Part shown: piece by piece, positions 12,501 through 23,320 of the stretch
How positions within the stretch are numbered: the first letter of the stretch is position 1
Layout: each line of letters starts with the position of its first letter
Origin: Lama guanicoe
Taxonomy: Eukaryota
DNA: 64,000 nucleotides
Direction of reading: 5' to 3'
NCBI GenBank assembly: GCA_013239625.1
Contig: MU055657.1
Location: forward strand, 17,158,969-17,222,968
Translations under genes and position numbers: made by a program
Notes under the pieces: model-generated
Told to the model about the DNA's origin: nothing
The model's input: only the letters and a program-made list of their open reading frames with translations
Database searches by the model: none

Positions 12501-14401
12501 TGGAGTTCTGGTCAAGATGGCGGAGTGGTAGGACCACGAGCTTGCCTCTCTTTGGGATTACAATGAAATCACAACTGAATGCTAAACACCATTGAAAAAA
12601 GACTGGAACCTAGCAAAAAAGACTTTCTGCAACTGGAAATATAAAGAGGGAACCAAATATCTGGGTACCGTGGCCTAGTCAAGTTGGCACACAGCAGGAT
12701 GGTAGGAAGGGCATGCTTGTGATATAACTGGGCTCCATACCCCCCAAGGTGGGTGACCCACAAGCTGAAGATTTGTTAAGTCGCAGAAGCCCTCCCACAG
12801 GAGTGAGAGCTCTAAGCCCCATGTCAGGCTCTCCAGCTCAGGTCCCAGTACTGGGAAGAGAAGGAGACCCCTGGACATCTGCTTTTGAAGGCCAGGGGGG
12901 CTCAGCTCTGGGAGACTCATGGGACTGGGGGAAACAGAGGTTCCATTCTCTTGAGAAGCGTACACGGAAACTCACGTGCACCAGGTCCAAAGGCAGAGAC
13001 AGTCATTTCATAGGAACATGGGCCAGACCTGCCTGCTGGATTTGGAGGGTCTCCTGGAGACATGGGGGCTGGCTGTGGCTCATTCAGGAAACATAAAAGC
13101 TGCTGGCAGACATTCTGGGAGTTTTAATCTACATGAACTTTCCTGGAGGCTGACATCTTGATTGGATCATTGGCACCAAGCACCAGCCCCACCCAACAGC
13201 CTGTAGGGAAGCCTCAGACAAAACAACATACAGGATGGGGACACAGCCACACCCATCATCAGACTTCCTAAGCCACAAAGGCCTCTAGACACAGACCTAC
13301 ACACCAGAGGTCCAGGATCAAGCTTCACCCAGCAGTGGGCAGGCATTGGCTCCTCCTGTCAGGAAACCTGCTTAAGTCTCTAGTCCAGCCTCACCCACCA
13401 GGGGAAGATATCAGAAATAAGAAAACAATAATAACAAAGCCTGTGGAAGGAATCCACAACCACGTAGAAAGATAGATATGAGGTGGCAATGGAATATCTC
13501 CAAGGCCAAGGCACAAGATAAAATCCCATAAGAAGAAATAAGTGATGAGGAGATAGGTAATTTATCTGAGAAATAGTTTAAAGTAATGATGGCCAAGATG
13601 TTCAGAGAACTCAAGAGGAGTATATATGCACACAATGAAGTTGTAGCAAAGAGTTGGAAAATACAAAGAATACTCAAACAGAGTTGAAGCATAAAATCAC
13701 TGACATGAACAAAACACTAGAAGGAACCAAGAATAGACTAAATGAGGCAGAAGAATGGATTAGTGAGCTAAAAAACAGATTAGTAGAAATAACTACTTCA
13801 CAACAGAAAAAAGAATTAAAATGAATGAGGATAGTTTAAGAGAACTCTGGGACAACATGAAGTGCTCTAATATTTGCATTATTGGGGTCCCAGAAAGAGA
13901 AGAGAGAGAAAGGACCTGAGAAAATTTTTGGAGAGATAATAACCAAAAACTTCCCAGCTTGGGAAAGGAAACAGTCACCCAAGTCCTGGAAGCGCAGAGT
14001 ACCACACAGAATCAACCCAAAGAGGAACACATCAAGGCATATAGTCACCAAATTGGCAACAATTAAAGATAAGGAGAAAATATTAAAATTAGCAAGGGAA
14101 AAGCAACTAATAACATATAAGGGAACTCCCATAAGGTTATCAGCTGATTTTTCAGCAGAAACTCTACAGGCCGGAAGAGAGTGGCATGACATATTTAAAG
14201 TGATGCAAGGGGGAAACTTGCAAACTCTTGTTCAGACTTGATGGAGAAATCAAACTCTTCACAGATAAACAAAAGCTAAAAGATTTCAGCACCACCAACC
14301 AGCTATACAACAAATGTTAAAGGACCTTCTCTAGTCATCAGACCATAGGAAAAGAGAACAAAAAGAAGAGGGAAAAAAAGAGAGAGAGAGAGATCTACAA
14401 A
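12501..14401 (+). mobile_element. Younger L1: 5'UTR + ORF1 + inter-ORF spacer; sense ORF2 absent
   Basis: Starts 'ggagttctggtcaagatggcggag' (L1 5' end with YY1-type 'caagatggc'), then a GC-richer 5'UTR, ORF1p motifs, and a purine-rich spacer ending 'gatctacaaaa'. Confidence 0.9.
13478..14334 (+). pseudogene. Disrupted L1 ORF1p (RNA-binding protein)
   Basis: ATG at 13478 with an early TAA and frameshifts. Recognisable IIGVPE, KNFP, RHIV and 'ITYKGTPIRLSADFSAETLQAGREW' (ORF track 13882-14241). Confidence 0.9.
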
Positions 14402-14643
14402 AGATTGCTTTGGCTGTTCAGGGTCTTTTGTGGTTCCATTTTGTGGAATGTCGTGAGTATTTTGATGGGGGTTGCACTGGATCTGTGGATTGCTTTGGGT
14501 AGTGTGGCCATTTTGATAGTGTTGATTCTTTCAATACAAGAGCATAAGATATCTTTCCATTTCTTTGGGTCATTTTGATTTTCAGAGTATAGGTAACCTC
14601 CCTGGTTAAGTTTAGTTCTAGGTATTTTGTTGTTTTTGATGTC
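14402..14643 (-). mobile_element. Inverted, internally deleted L1 ORF2 fragment with A>G (+ strand) hypermutation
   Basis: Minus-strand translation 'KWKDILCSCIERINTIKMATLPKAIHRSSATPIKILTTF' corresponds to the L1 ORF2p motif KWKDIPCSWIGRINIVKMAILPKAIYRFNAIPIK. Confidence 0.9.
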
Positions 14644-14699
14644 CCTGCCAGTTATAAAATTCTGGTTTTTGAAATGAAAAAAAAAAAGTGAATGAAGGG

Positions 14700-14748
14700 C
14701 CACAAATGGCAAAATATCCTTCTTTTTTATCGGTGAGTTGTATTCCAT

Positions 14749-14792
<44 letters not shown>

Positions 14793-14935
14793 TACACACA
14801 CATACACACACACATGCATACTGCATCTCCATTATCTATTCAACTATTGATGTGCACTTAGGATACTTCCATATCTTGGCAATTATAAATAATATTGCTG
14901 TTAATAGCACGGTGTATGTATCTTTTTGAGTTAAT
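14700..14935 (-). mobile_element. L1 ORF2 C-terminal fragment with a (CA)n expansion at ~14757-14813
   Basis: 'aaatggcaaaatatccttctttttt..tattccatt' and 'cacttaggatacttccatatcttggcaattataaataatattgctg'. Confidence 0.8.
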
Positions 14936-15061
14936 ACTTATTTTGTGGTTGGCTTTATTCCTTTGATAAATATGTAAGTTTAATAAGCTAAAGTTCTAAA
15001 TGTTCTTAGAAACAATGAACAGTACATATACATAAATTAAAAAAATACATGTGTAGTAAAA

Positions 15062-15580
15062 AAAAAATCATCTATCAAGCCATGAAGGATGGAAGAAACT
15101 TAAAAGACATATTACTAAATGAAAGAAGCCAGTCTGAAAAGGCTACAAACTGTATAATTCCAACCAAATGACATTCTGGAAAAGGCACAGCTACAGAAAC
15201 AATAAAAAGATTGTGGTTTCCAGGGGTTTGGGGAGAGGGAGGGAGGGAGGGAGGAATGAATAGATGGAGCACAAGGGATTTTTAGGGCAATGAAATTATT
15301 CTGTATGATACTACAGTGGTAGCTACATGTCATTATGCATTTGTCAAAACCCATAGAATGTACAACATCAAGAGTAAACCCTAATGTAAACTATGGACTT
15401 TGGCTGATAATAATACGTCCATGTTTGTTAATCAATTGTACCAAATATGCCACACTGATGAGGGATGTTGATGGTAGGGGAGTATGTATGTGTGGGTGTG
15501 GAGGGTTATGTGGGAACTCTGTATTCTGCTCTGTATTTTCTGAAACTGCTCTAAAAAAATAAAATCTATTAAAAAAGGAA
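15062..15580 (+). mobile_element. L1MC-type 3' end
   Basis: 'gaaagaagccagtctgaaaaggctac', 'gtcaaaacccatagaatgtacaacatcaagagtaaaccctaatgtaaactatggacttt' and 'aaactgctctaaaaaaataaaatctattaaaaaa'. Confidence 0.85.
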
Positions 15581-15652
15581 AAAACAAATTAATATTTCAT
15601 GATATATCCCTACTACGCAGACACACAAAGATTTGCAACCTATAACCAAAAT

Positions 15653-15878
15653 CAGGGGTCAGCAAACTATGGCCTATGGACCAAGTTAATCTTACAGAGC
15701 ATTGTTGTAAATAAGAAATTGGAACACACCCATGCTCATTTGTTTATGTATTGCTTATTGATTACTTTTGTGCTACAAATGTGAAGTGGAGTAGTTGAAA
15801 CAAAGACATATGACTTATATAACTTAAAGTATTGACTATCTGGCCTTTAACAAAAACAAAAAATACTGGCTGACCCTG
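15653..15878 (+). mobile_element. MER58A-like hAT-Charlie MITE
   Basis: TIRs 'caggggtcagcaaac'...'ggctgaccctg'; internal 'ttggaacacacccatgctcatttgtttatgtattg' and 'actatctggccttta'. Confidence 0.85.
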
Positions 15879-17569
15879 GCCTGAAAAGCCTATTGGAGAA
15901 GAGACTGTAGAGTTTTTGAAAGGAGAAGGGGATACAGGTTTTTTGTTTGTTTCTTTGTTTTTGGTTTTGTTTTTAGCCTGGGAATTGATCTCTAGAAATG
16001 GCTCTGCTTGCTCACCATTGCTTTCATGTAGAGTACCCCAAGAACTGCTTGTGATCGATACTGTGACATGGACTGTTACTTCTTTTCTTCTAGGCTACCA
16101 TCCACAGACAGAATCCTGACAAAAGTTATATCTTTCTTTTTTTAATTCAAGTTATACGAATAAAATCCAAGCCCATCAGAGTCCAAGGAGAATTTAAAAT
16201 GTCTAGGATGGCATATTTAGTCTAGTTATCTTGTCATAGTGTGTCTACCACAAATTAGTGCTTCTTACCCAAAATATTTGAGCATCCCTATATAGATATT
16301 TCATCTGCTAGTCCTTAAAACAGTGTTCCAGGTGCCTCATTAATTTCCTTTCTAGTGGCAAAGAGACAATACCAGCATTTCTAAAGCATGCTAGATTTCA
16401 ATCCCACAGAAAAAAATCTAATTCCTCAGAGAAATGAACCCCTTTGGCAGACTTCAGGAAAACCTGGAATAATTTCAACTTCATATATTCAGAAAGATCT
16501 CAAATTTCTTAAAATAGTAGATGTTTATGTAAGTTAGGCTAAAAATAAGTTTCTGGATTGCAAGTTCATTCTGGTTTTTGCACCAGAATTGTGCTTTACT
16601 GCTTTTCCATGATTTTAGAGCATAAGTCTGACCAATAACAGCCCTTTAAACCAGAAACTTACTAATAATAATGCAGTCAGACAGGGAGAAGATGATTTCC
16701 TCAAATTAAGGTAACAGTTTTATTCTGAGATGCACCTTGGAATTTACTGTATCTCAAACCAAAAATATCCAAAAAGCCTCAAAATATATTCCATAAAAAT
16801 GGGATTTCCCTAAGATAGTATTACAGTAAAAAAAAAAAAAAGCCAAGTCTGATGCTAAATCTCTCTCTCTCTCTCTTTTTTTAAAGCAGATCGTTGTGTT
16901 TTTTTGGGAAGAAAATGGTGAGTGGACACATCTGTAAGGTCTCTATCAAAGTATTTCTTCATTGTGCTTCTTTCATGTTCTGCTGCTACTAAAATGCACT
17001 CATCTGTCCCCTAGTTCTCTGTCTTTCCCAACTGCTACCTTTCTCTCTTACTCTCCTTCCTATTTTCTTTTACTTTCTCATTCTGCCCCCAACTCTGTTC
17101 ATCGTTGATGAGGTGTTTTCCAAGCACTAATGCTGGTAACTATTACACGTTCTTACTGAAAGCAGCCTCTTGGGAATTATTGTCTTTCTCCTTTCTAATG
17201 TTTCTTTTGAGATGGGTCCTACTGGAATTTTAGTGATTAAGTCATCTATTTTCTTTAAAAATAAATATTAAAATCATTTTCTTTAATTCTTTTTTTTTGA
17301 GTTGCTAGCAGTATTATTTAATGCATGCTGCATAATTTTTTTGCTCCATAAATCATCAAAGTCTCCTCATCGTTTAATAAAATGTTGTGCATCAAGACAG
17401 TTTCCAGAGAAAATTAGCAGATGACTTATAAAAACGCAAAGATGATATGAGTTACAAAGGTGACACTTATATGCTTTATGGTGATTTTAATGGTTGAATG
17501 GGAATATTGCTTTGTTTACTCAAGATACTTCATTCCCTCTGTACTTTACATCAATGATTTATTTTATTT

Positions 17570-18135
17570 TTTAAAAAAATTAGAGAACTTTTAATTTTAT
17601 AGCAAAATTGAGGGGAAAGTATAGAGAGTTCCCTTATAACTCATGTCCCACACGTGCATAACCTCCCCCATTATCAGTATCTTTCACCAGAGTGATACAT
17701 TTGTTATCATCACTGGGCCTGTATTAACATATTATAATCATCCAAAGTCCACAGTTTAAATTAGGGTTCACTCTTGGTTTTGTACATTCTATTGGTTTGG
17801 ACAAATGTATCACAATTATGTTATCATACACATTATTTTCACTGCCATAAAAACTGTCCGTGCACCATCTACTTATCCTCCCTAACCCTATCCTTGGCAA
17901 CCATTGATCTTTTTACTGTTTCCATAGTTTTTGCCTTTTTCAAAACGTCTTATAGTTGGAATTACACAGTAAGTAGACTTTTCAGATTGGCTCTTTTCAC
18001 TTAGTAATATGCATTTAAGGTTTGCATATGTCTTTTCATGGCTTAATAGTTCATTTATTTTCAGTCTTGAATAATACTCCATTGCTTGGATGTATCACAG
18101 TTTATTTATGCATTCAATAACTGAAGGACATCTGG
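17570..18135 (-). mobile_element. L1MC-type 3' end, antisense
   Basis: 'ccaaagtccacagtttaaattagggttcactcttgg', 'cttttcagattggctcttttcacttagtaatatgcatttaagg' and 'ctgaaggacatct'. Confidence 0.85.
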
Positions 18136-21100
18136 TGGAATTTTTTAATTATTCATATATGTTTTTAAAAACAGTCATCACTTATAAAGTTTCAAGCTTA
18201 CAGATCTGTACTTAAAATTGAAGGACATTTCTGAATTGTATAAATCTATTATTTTTTAGAGAAATTGTACCTACTTAAAAATACTATGAAATCTAATTAT
18301 ACTATGATTTTATTTACAATATTATTATTCTTTTAAAAGTAAAATGTCAAAGTAATGTTTTGAAATATTTTCTTTTGAGAATAGTCAAATTTTAAGTGTG
18401 CAGCTAAGCAATTATATAATGTAATGACATATAGTTGTATTTTATCACTGGCAGGTAATTTTTTGCACATTTATTGGCTTTCTACAGAATCTTATATGAC
18501 AATTTTCCAAACATGAATTACATTAAAATCATCTATAAAATTACATCAAAAAATAGTAAAAAGTTATGTCACTGTGTTCCCTTACATTTTAGATCCACTG
18601 AGGGTACAACATTTAATCTTTAGAAAATAGGACTTGATTTCACAAAGGAGTGTAACTGTATTTTGATCTATTTCTAGTAAGACTAAAAATTACAAACTCT
18701 TTATATATAAATTTCTTACATGATATTATTATTACTAACATCAAATTTTTTAGAAAGACCCTATTCTGATAAGTATATGTAATAAAAAGTTTAGATTTCA
18801 TCACTAAAGCTTTGTTATAGCTACATAAAAAATACTGTGCTAAGTTGATAGTTAACATTTTATTGTAGTTGTTTTGCACCTTGCTGATCTGGAAACTGAT
18901 ATTTCAGCATTCTAGAGTGGGGTTACTTTATAGTTTATAACACAGTCTTGTATTTATCACATTATATATCTACATCATTTCTATCTCTACAAAAACAGTG
19001 TTTACTACTGAATAGTAAAGTTTTTCAAGTGTAGAGAATATCATGAGATTTGCTGAATAAATTAACTGTCTTGCAAATGGCATAAGAAATGTCACATTTT
19101 ATGAATCAGAGTTAACAAGATCTAAAAAATGGTCTGTCACAATGTTCACAGTGCATTATAGGATTATTCTATCTGAGGATATAAAAGTATTTATGATTAA
19201 ATTTCAAAGCATCAGTAAAGAATCTTTTCCTAGAAAGTTTTAGAAGTGATTTCACCAAGATTACTCTAAATATTGTGAACATATAAGGTTTCTGTATAAT
19301 ATGCATGGTTAATATTAATGTAAGAGATTTCTATATAATACTGAGAAAATATCAAGGAATATATTTTGTCTGAGGTGTATCAATTTTTTAATTTTTATAA
19401 CTTAATTTTTTTCTTTTCCCAGTAAAATATTTATTGTATACTGTTATTTATTCTAAAAGGGAGTGACAATTGCCTGAAGTGTCTCAAATATATTTCTGTA
19501 TATTGAAAATTTTACGTATCTTCAAAATTCCATAAATATGAGGCACATAAAACCTATTAAATTTTGTTTATGATAAATTAGCTTTTTCAAGAAGATTTTT
19601 ACTTTGTTTTTGATGATCTTATTTTTGAAAATCTATGTCTGAATGAAAAATGTATCATGTAATCTAACCGCAAAATCATCTTTTCTTCAATTTTATTAAT
19701 GTATTCAACTAAAGGAAATTAATAACACAAATAAAACCTGTATTGTATGAAAGTCATTCCCTACATGATAAAAATTATTTTCATCAGAACTTAAGCAAGA
19801 GTATCTATTACATAAAATTATAGGCCAAAACCGATAAAACTACAATTTTTTAACAAAACCATCAACATGTCTCGAAGAGTAAGATTATAGAAGTAAGAAG
19901 GCTGCTGGCTAATAATATAAACTGAACTCATTGAAGCCTAAGGAAAGTATAATTTATACAGTTAATACTTACCTTAGCTAATTAATTTGCCTTTTTCTTT
20001 TCTTGCCCTGTTGTAGTTATTTGATAACGTGTTCTGGATTATCTAGATCTTCATACTGCATTCTTGCTGAAGATAGAACAAGATAATCAAAACTGTGTAT
20101 ACTTGGTAGCTAGTAAGTTGTAACAATGATAATAGTCCATTAAAGAAATAATTATGATTATTACAGCATTCCATACACATGCTGAAGACTACCTTTATCT
20201 CTATGTTTAAAAATCATGAGCTGTTTCATTATACCATCTTGAAATCGCCTTAGAAATGGAAATTCATTGGCTCATTATTAAAGCTAAACAAAGCTCATCT
20301 CTAATAGGCTAATAAGTTAAGGTCTTTATTCAAAATGGAAATCATTAAAGATTATTGCACTGTTTTTAGATGGTACCAGATATGCTTATAAATGTTCACT
20401 AAGAAATTGTATACACTGATTAAATAATCTAGACTGTGAGTTGCCTATTCACAATTCCCTACATGCATAATTTAGGGAGCATTGTGGATGCACCTTCTAA
20501 CAATAACAGAAAGCATTCCTATCTGTGTTCCTTTTTTAAGACCTCTCCTAATGTTTATAATTTAACTTCACCCTTGCCTCACTATCTTCCTAATAGAGGG
20601 TGGGGAGTATTAATATTAATGCAATTATCAAAATTTCCTAGATCTTATAGGACAGCTTATAGAACAGCCACCTCAATACAGAATCTTCCTGAGCTGGGTC
20701 TGGGGTTTTTGTGGCAAGTCTCATGTACTATGATCCACATCTCTCGCTTTAGCTGAGCTCACCTCAGCCATGTGCTGTGTCAATGGTTTATGGATGTGTC
20801 ATCAGGACTTATGAACACCTAGATAGGGATGTTGATATCATATAAATGGTATTAATGTTTCAAAAACTAGAATTGTATATTGCGAATTAGTGAGATTAAA
20901 GTCCATTTTCCCATCACTAAACACCCTGGACCATGCTAAAAGTAGATTTCTAATTTTTGTTGTAAAACAAATTAGAATATCAGGAAATGCCTTAATAATT
21001 AGCAACTATCTTTATTTTTCTTTTTTCTCTACTTCCCTCTTTCCTGTCTTTCCCTCCTTCCCTTTCTCTCTCCCTCCCTTCCTTCTTATTTTTAAATATT

Positions 21101-21409
21101 GCTGTTTCTGTGTATGTTGGAATCAGAAAGTCACTTTCTCTCTGGCTTCAACCCTCCTCAATTTCCTTTTCTCAACTGTAAACAGATTTTCCTCAAAAGT
21201 GCTTATTTTGAGTTACATACAGTTTATTTTGTCACATCCCATCAACATTACAAGATAGAATATTGTCACAAAAATGACATTCTTTATATTAAAAATACAA
21301 GTCAAATGAAAAAAATGTTGAAGGAAAAAAATTCAGTAATCTAGGGGTCACATAAAATGAGGGCTTAGAGTTGACCTTTGGGTTTAGCAATTTTTAGATT
21401 ATCAACAAA

Positions 21410-21590
21410 GAGTGTGTGTGTGTGTGTATGTGTGTGTATTTTAAGATAAAAGAGATAACTTTAGTTGAAATGTAAAGGAAATGATACAGTTGAATTTGAA
21501 AAAAAATGTTGAGAGAGGGAGGGAAAGTGAGTGAGAGGGAGAGAGAAGGGGAGAGAGGGGGTGAGAGAGAGAAAAAGAGAGAGAGTAAAG
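21410..21590. repeat. (TG)n and (GA)-rich simple repeats
   Basis: Directly visible. Confidence 0.85.
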
Positions 21591-21649
21591 ATTTTGAGAT
21601 TGAGTTACCAAAGTGATAAGAACAGACAAGAGAGGATGGCTTATGCCAA

Positions 21650-23320
21650 GAGGATAAAATCACCCTAAGAAAAAAGAGAGATGATTTAGCTTTAATTACG
21701 GGAAGAAAGAGAATATGATTAGTGATGCTGACAGATAAGCAGATTATTTTTCTCCCAGTAAAAAGGGAACACTAGTCCATAGAAGAAAATGTAACCACCC
21801 AAAGCAGTGAAGAATGTGAGAGTCATTTAACTAATATGGGGAGACTGTATGCATCTTCTAGAAGAATAGGGTAATAAATAGATTATGAGACACTAATACA
21901 TTCTCTGGGTAGTATTTAGGGCCTACTTGAGATGAGTGGGATGGACTTGAAGTGAGATCAGTTAATCATTTTGTGCCTTTTCTCTTTATGCAGGCAGATA
22001 ATCAGGGTAAGCAGAGATACGCATTTAAACAAGACTGAGGTTCTCCCCAGAAACTAGGAAGAAACAGAAGGCACTTGATTTTAAACTGTATACGAAGGAC
22101 TGGTTATGATATTGTAACAAAGAATTTAAACTAGATAAAGATGAAAATGTAGACATAAATTACATGAAATGAAATGAAGATGTAGACATAAAGAGAGTTA
22201 AAATTAATGAAAAGTTGTGATATAAATTAATTTTAGGTTCTTGTTGGGGAGAGAAATCATTATTGCAACTGTAGCACTCTCTAGAGCAAGGTAGAAAGAC
22301 ATTGAAATTGAAATAGTGGTATAGTTGAAATGATTTGCAATTCAGTATTACCACTATGGGCATGAGTGCCTAATGTTAGAAGACAAAAATTTTGCTAAGT
22401 AAGAGGTCATGGAATGGAGAGAGAAAGGGTTTTTGACATCAACTAGATATATGATAAGAACAGTGTTAGAGAGTAAGCAGAGAGCGAAGAGTTAAAATAT
22501 CAGCTGAATGAAGGCAATTAACTTGGGGAATCTATAGGAATAATCTATAGGTTATTATATAATAGTCAAGCATATTGGGTACTATGGTCTGCTAACAAAT
22601 GACTCAATGTTGGGAGTATTTAATAAAGAGGGAAAAAAATTATTTGAAAGCAGCAAGGGAGGACACTGAGTTTCTGGCCGAATCAGATGAAAAATATGGA
22701 AAGTAGCTCTAAGTCTTGGGAGCAGAAGTCATGTTCCCAGGGGAAAGCCAGTTTTCTGTTAACTTTAGGGGGCAAAGGAGACATTTAGATCAGAGGTTCT
22801 GAATATAGGTGGTTTTGCAGACAGTTGACTGTTGGCCCTGATAGGCATGATGGATAGATCTCAAAGTTACGGAGAAGAGAAAGATGGGGTCATAAAAGGG
22901 ATTTTAGAGCTCGATAAGGGGTTTGAATGCATTAGATGAGGGTGACCCAACAGGCTTTAGGCTTCTTTTGGTGATTGACATAATCCAGAATGAAGGACAA
23001 AATATGATGAGGTCTGGATATCTTAAACCTGAACATTTCTGATAAGGTATTAATGTAAAGATATTGGGAGATATGTGAGTCTTGCCAAGAGAACCCTTCT
23101 TGATTTTTTGCTGGTAGATATGTGAAGACCAGAGGAGTGGTATGGGAATTAATCTGGGAATATAGGACTCCTAGTGAAAGCCACTGATGGAGGAGAAGTC
23201 CGTTGATGTGATAGCCTAACTCAAGTAATGTAAGAAATGGAAAACAAAATAAAATTGATGCAGTCACCCTCTGACTTGACAACTTTTCAGTGAAAATCTT
23301 CATGCTAAACATTACCTAAA
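21650..23320 (-). mobile_element. L2 5' portion including endonuclease-domain remnants
   Basis: Reverse complement of 22742-22762 encodes LTENWLS (APE 'LTETWL' motif). Purine-rich + strand is typical of antisense L2. Confidence 0.55.

Noticed and set aside
12569..13161. ORFs in the L1 5'UTR (possible ORF0 analogue)
   Set aside because: They reflect GC-richer UTR sequence with few stop codons. One runs through the secondary MLT2-derived insert, and there is no evidence of conservation.
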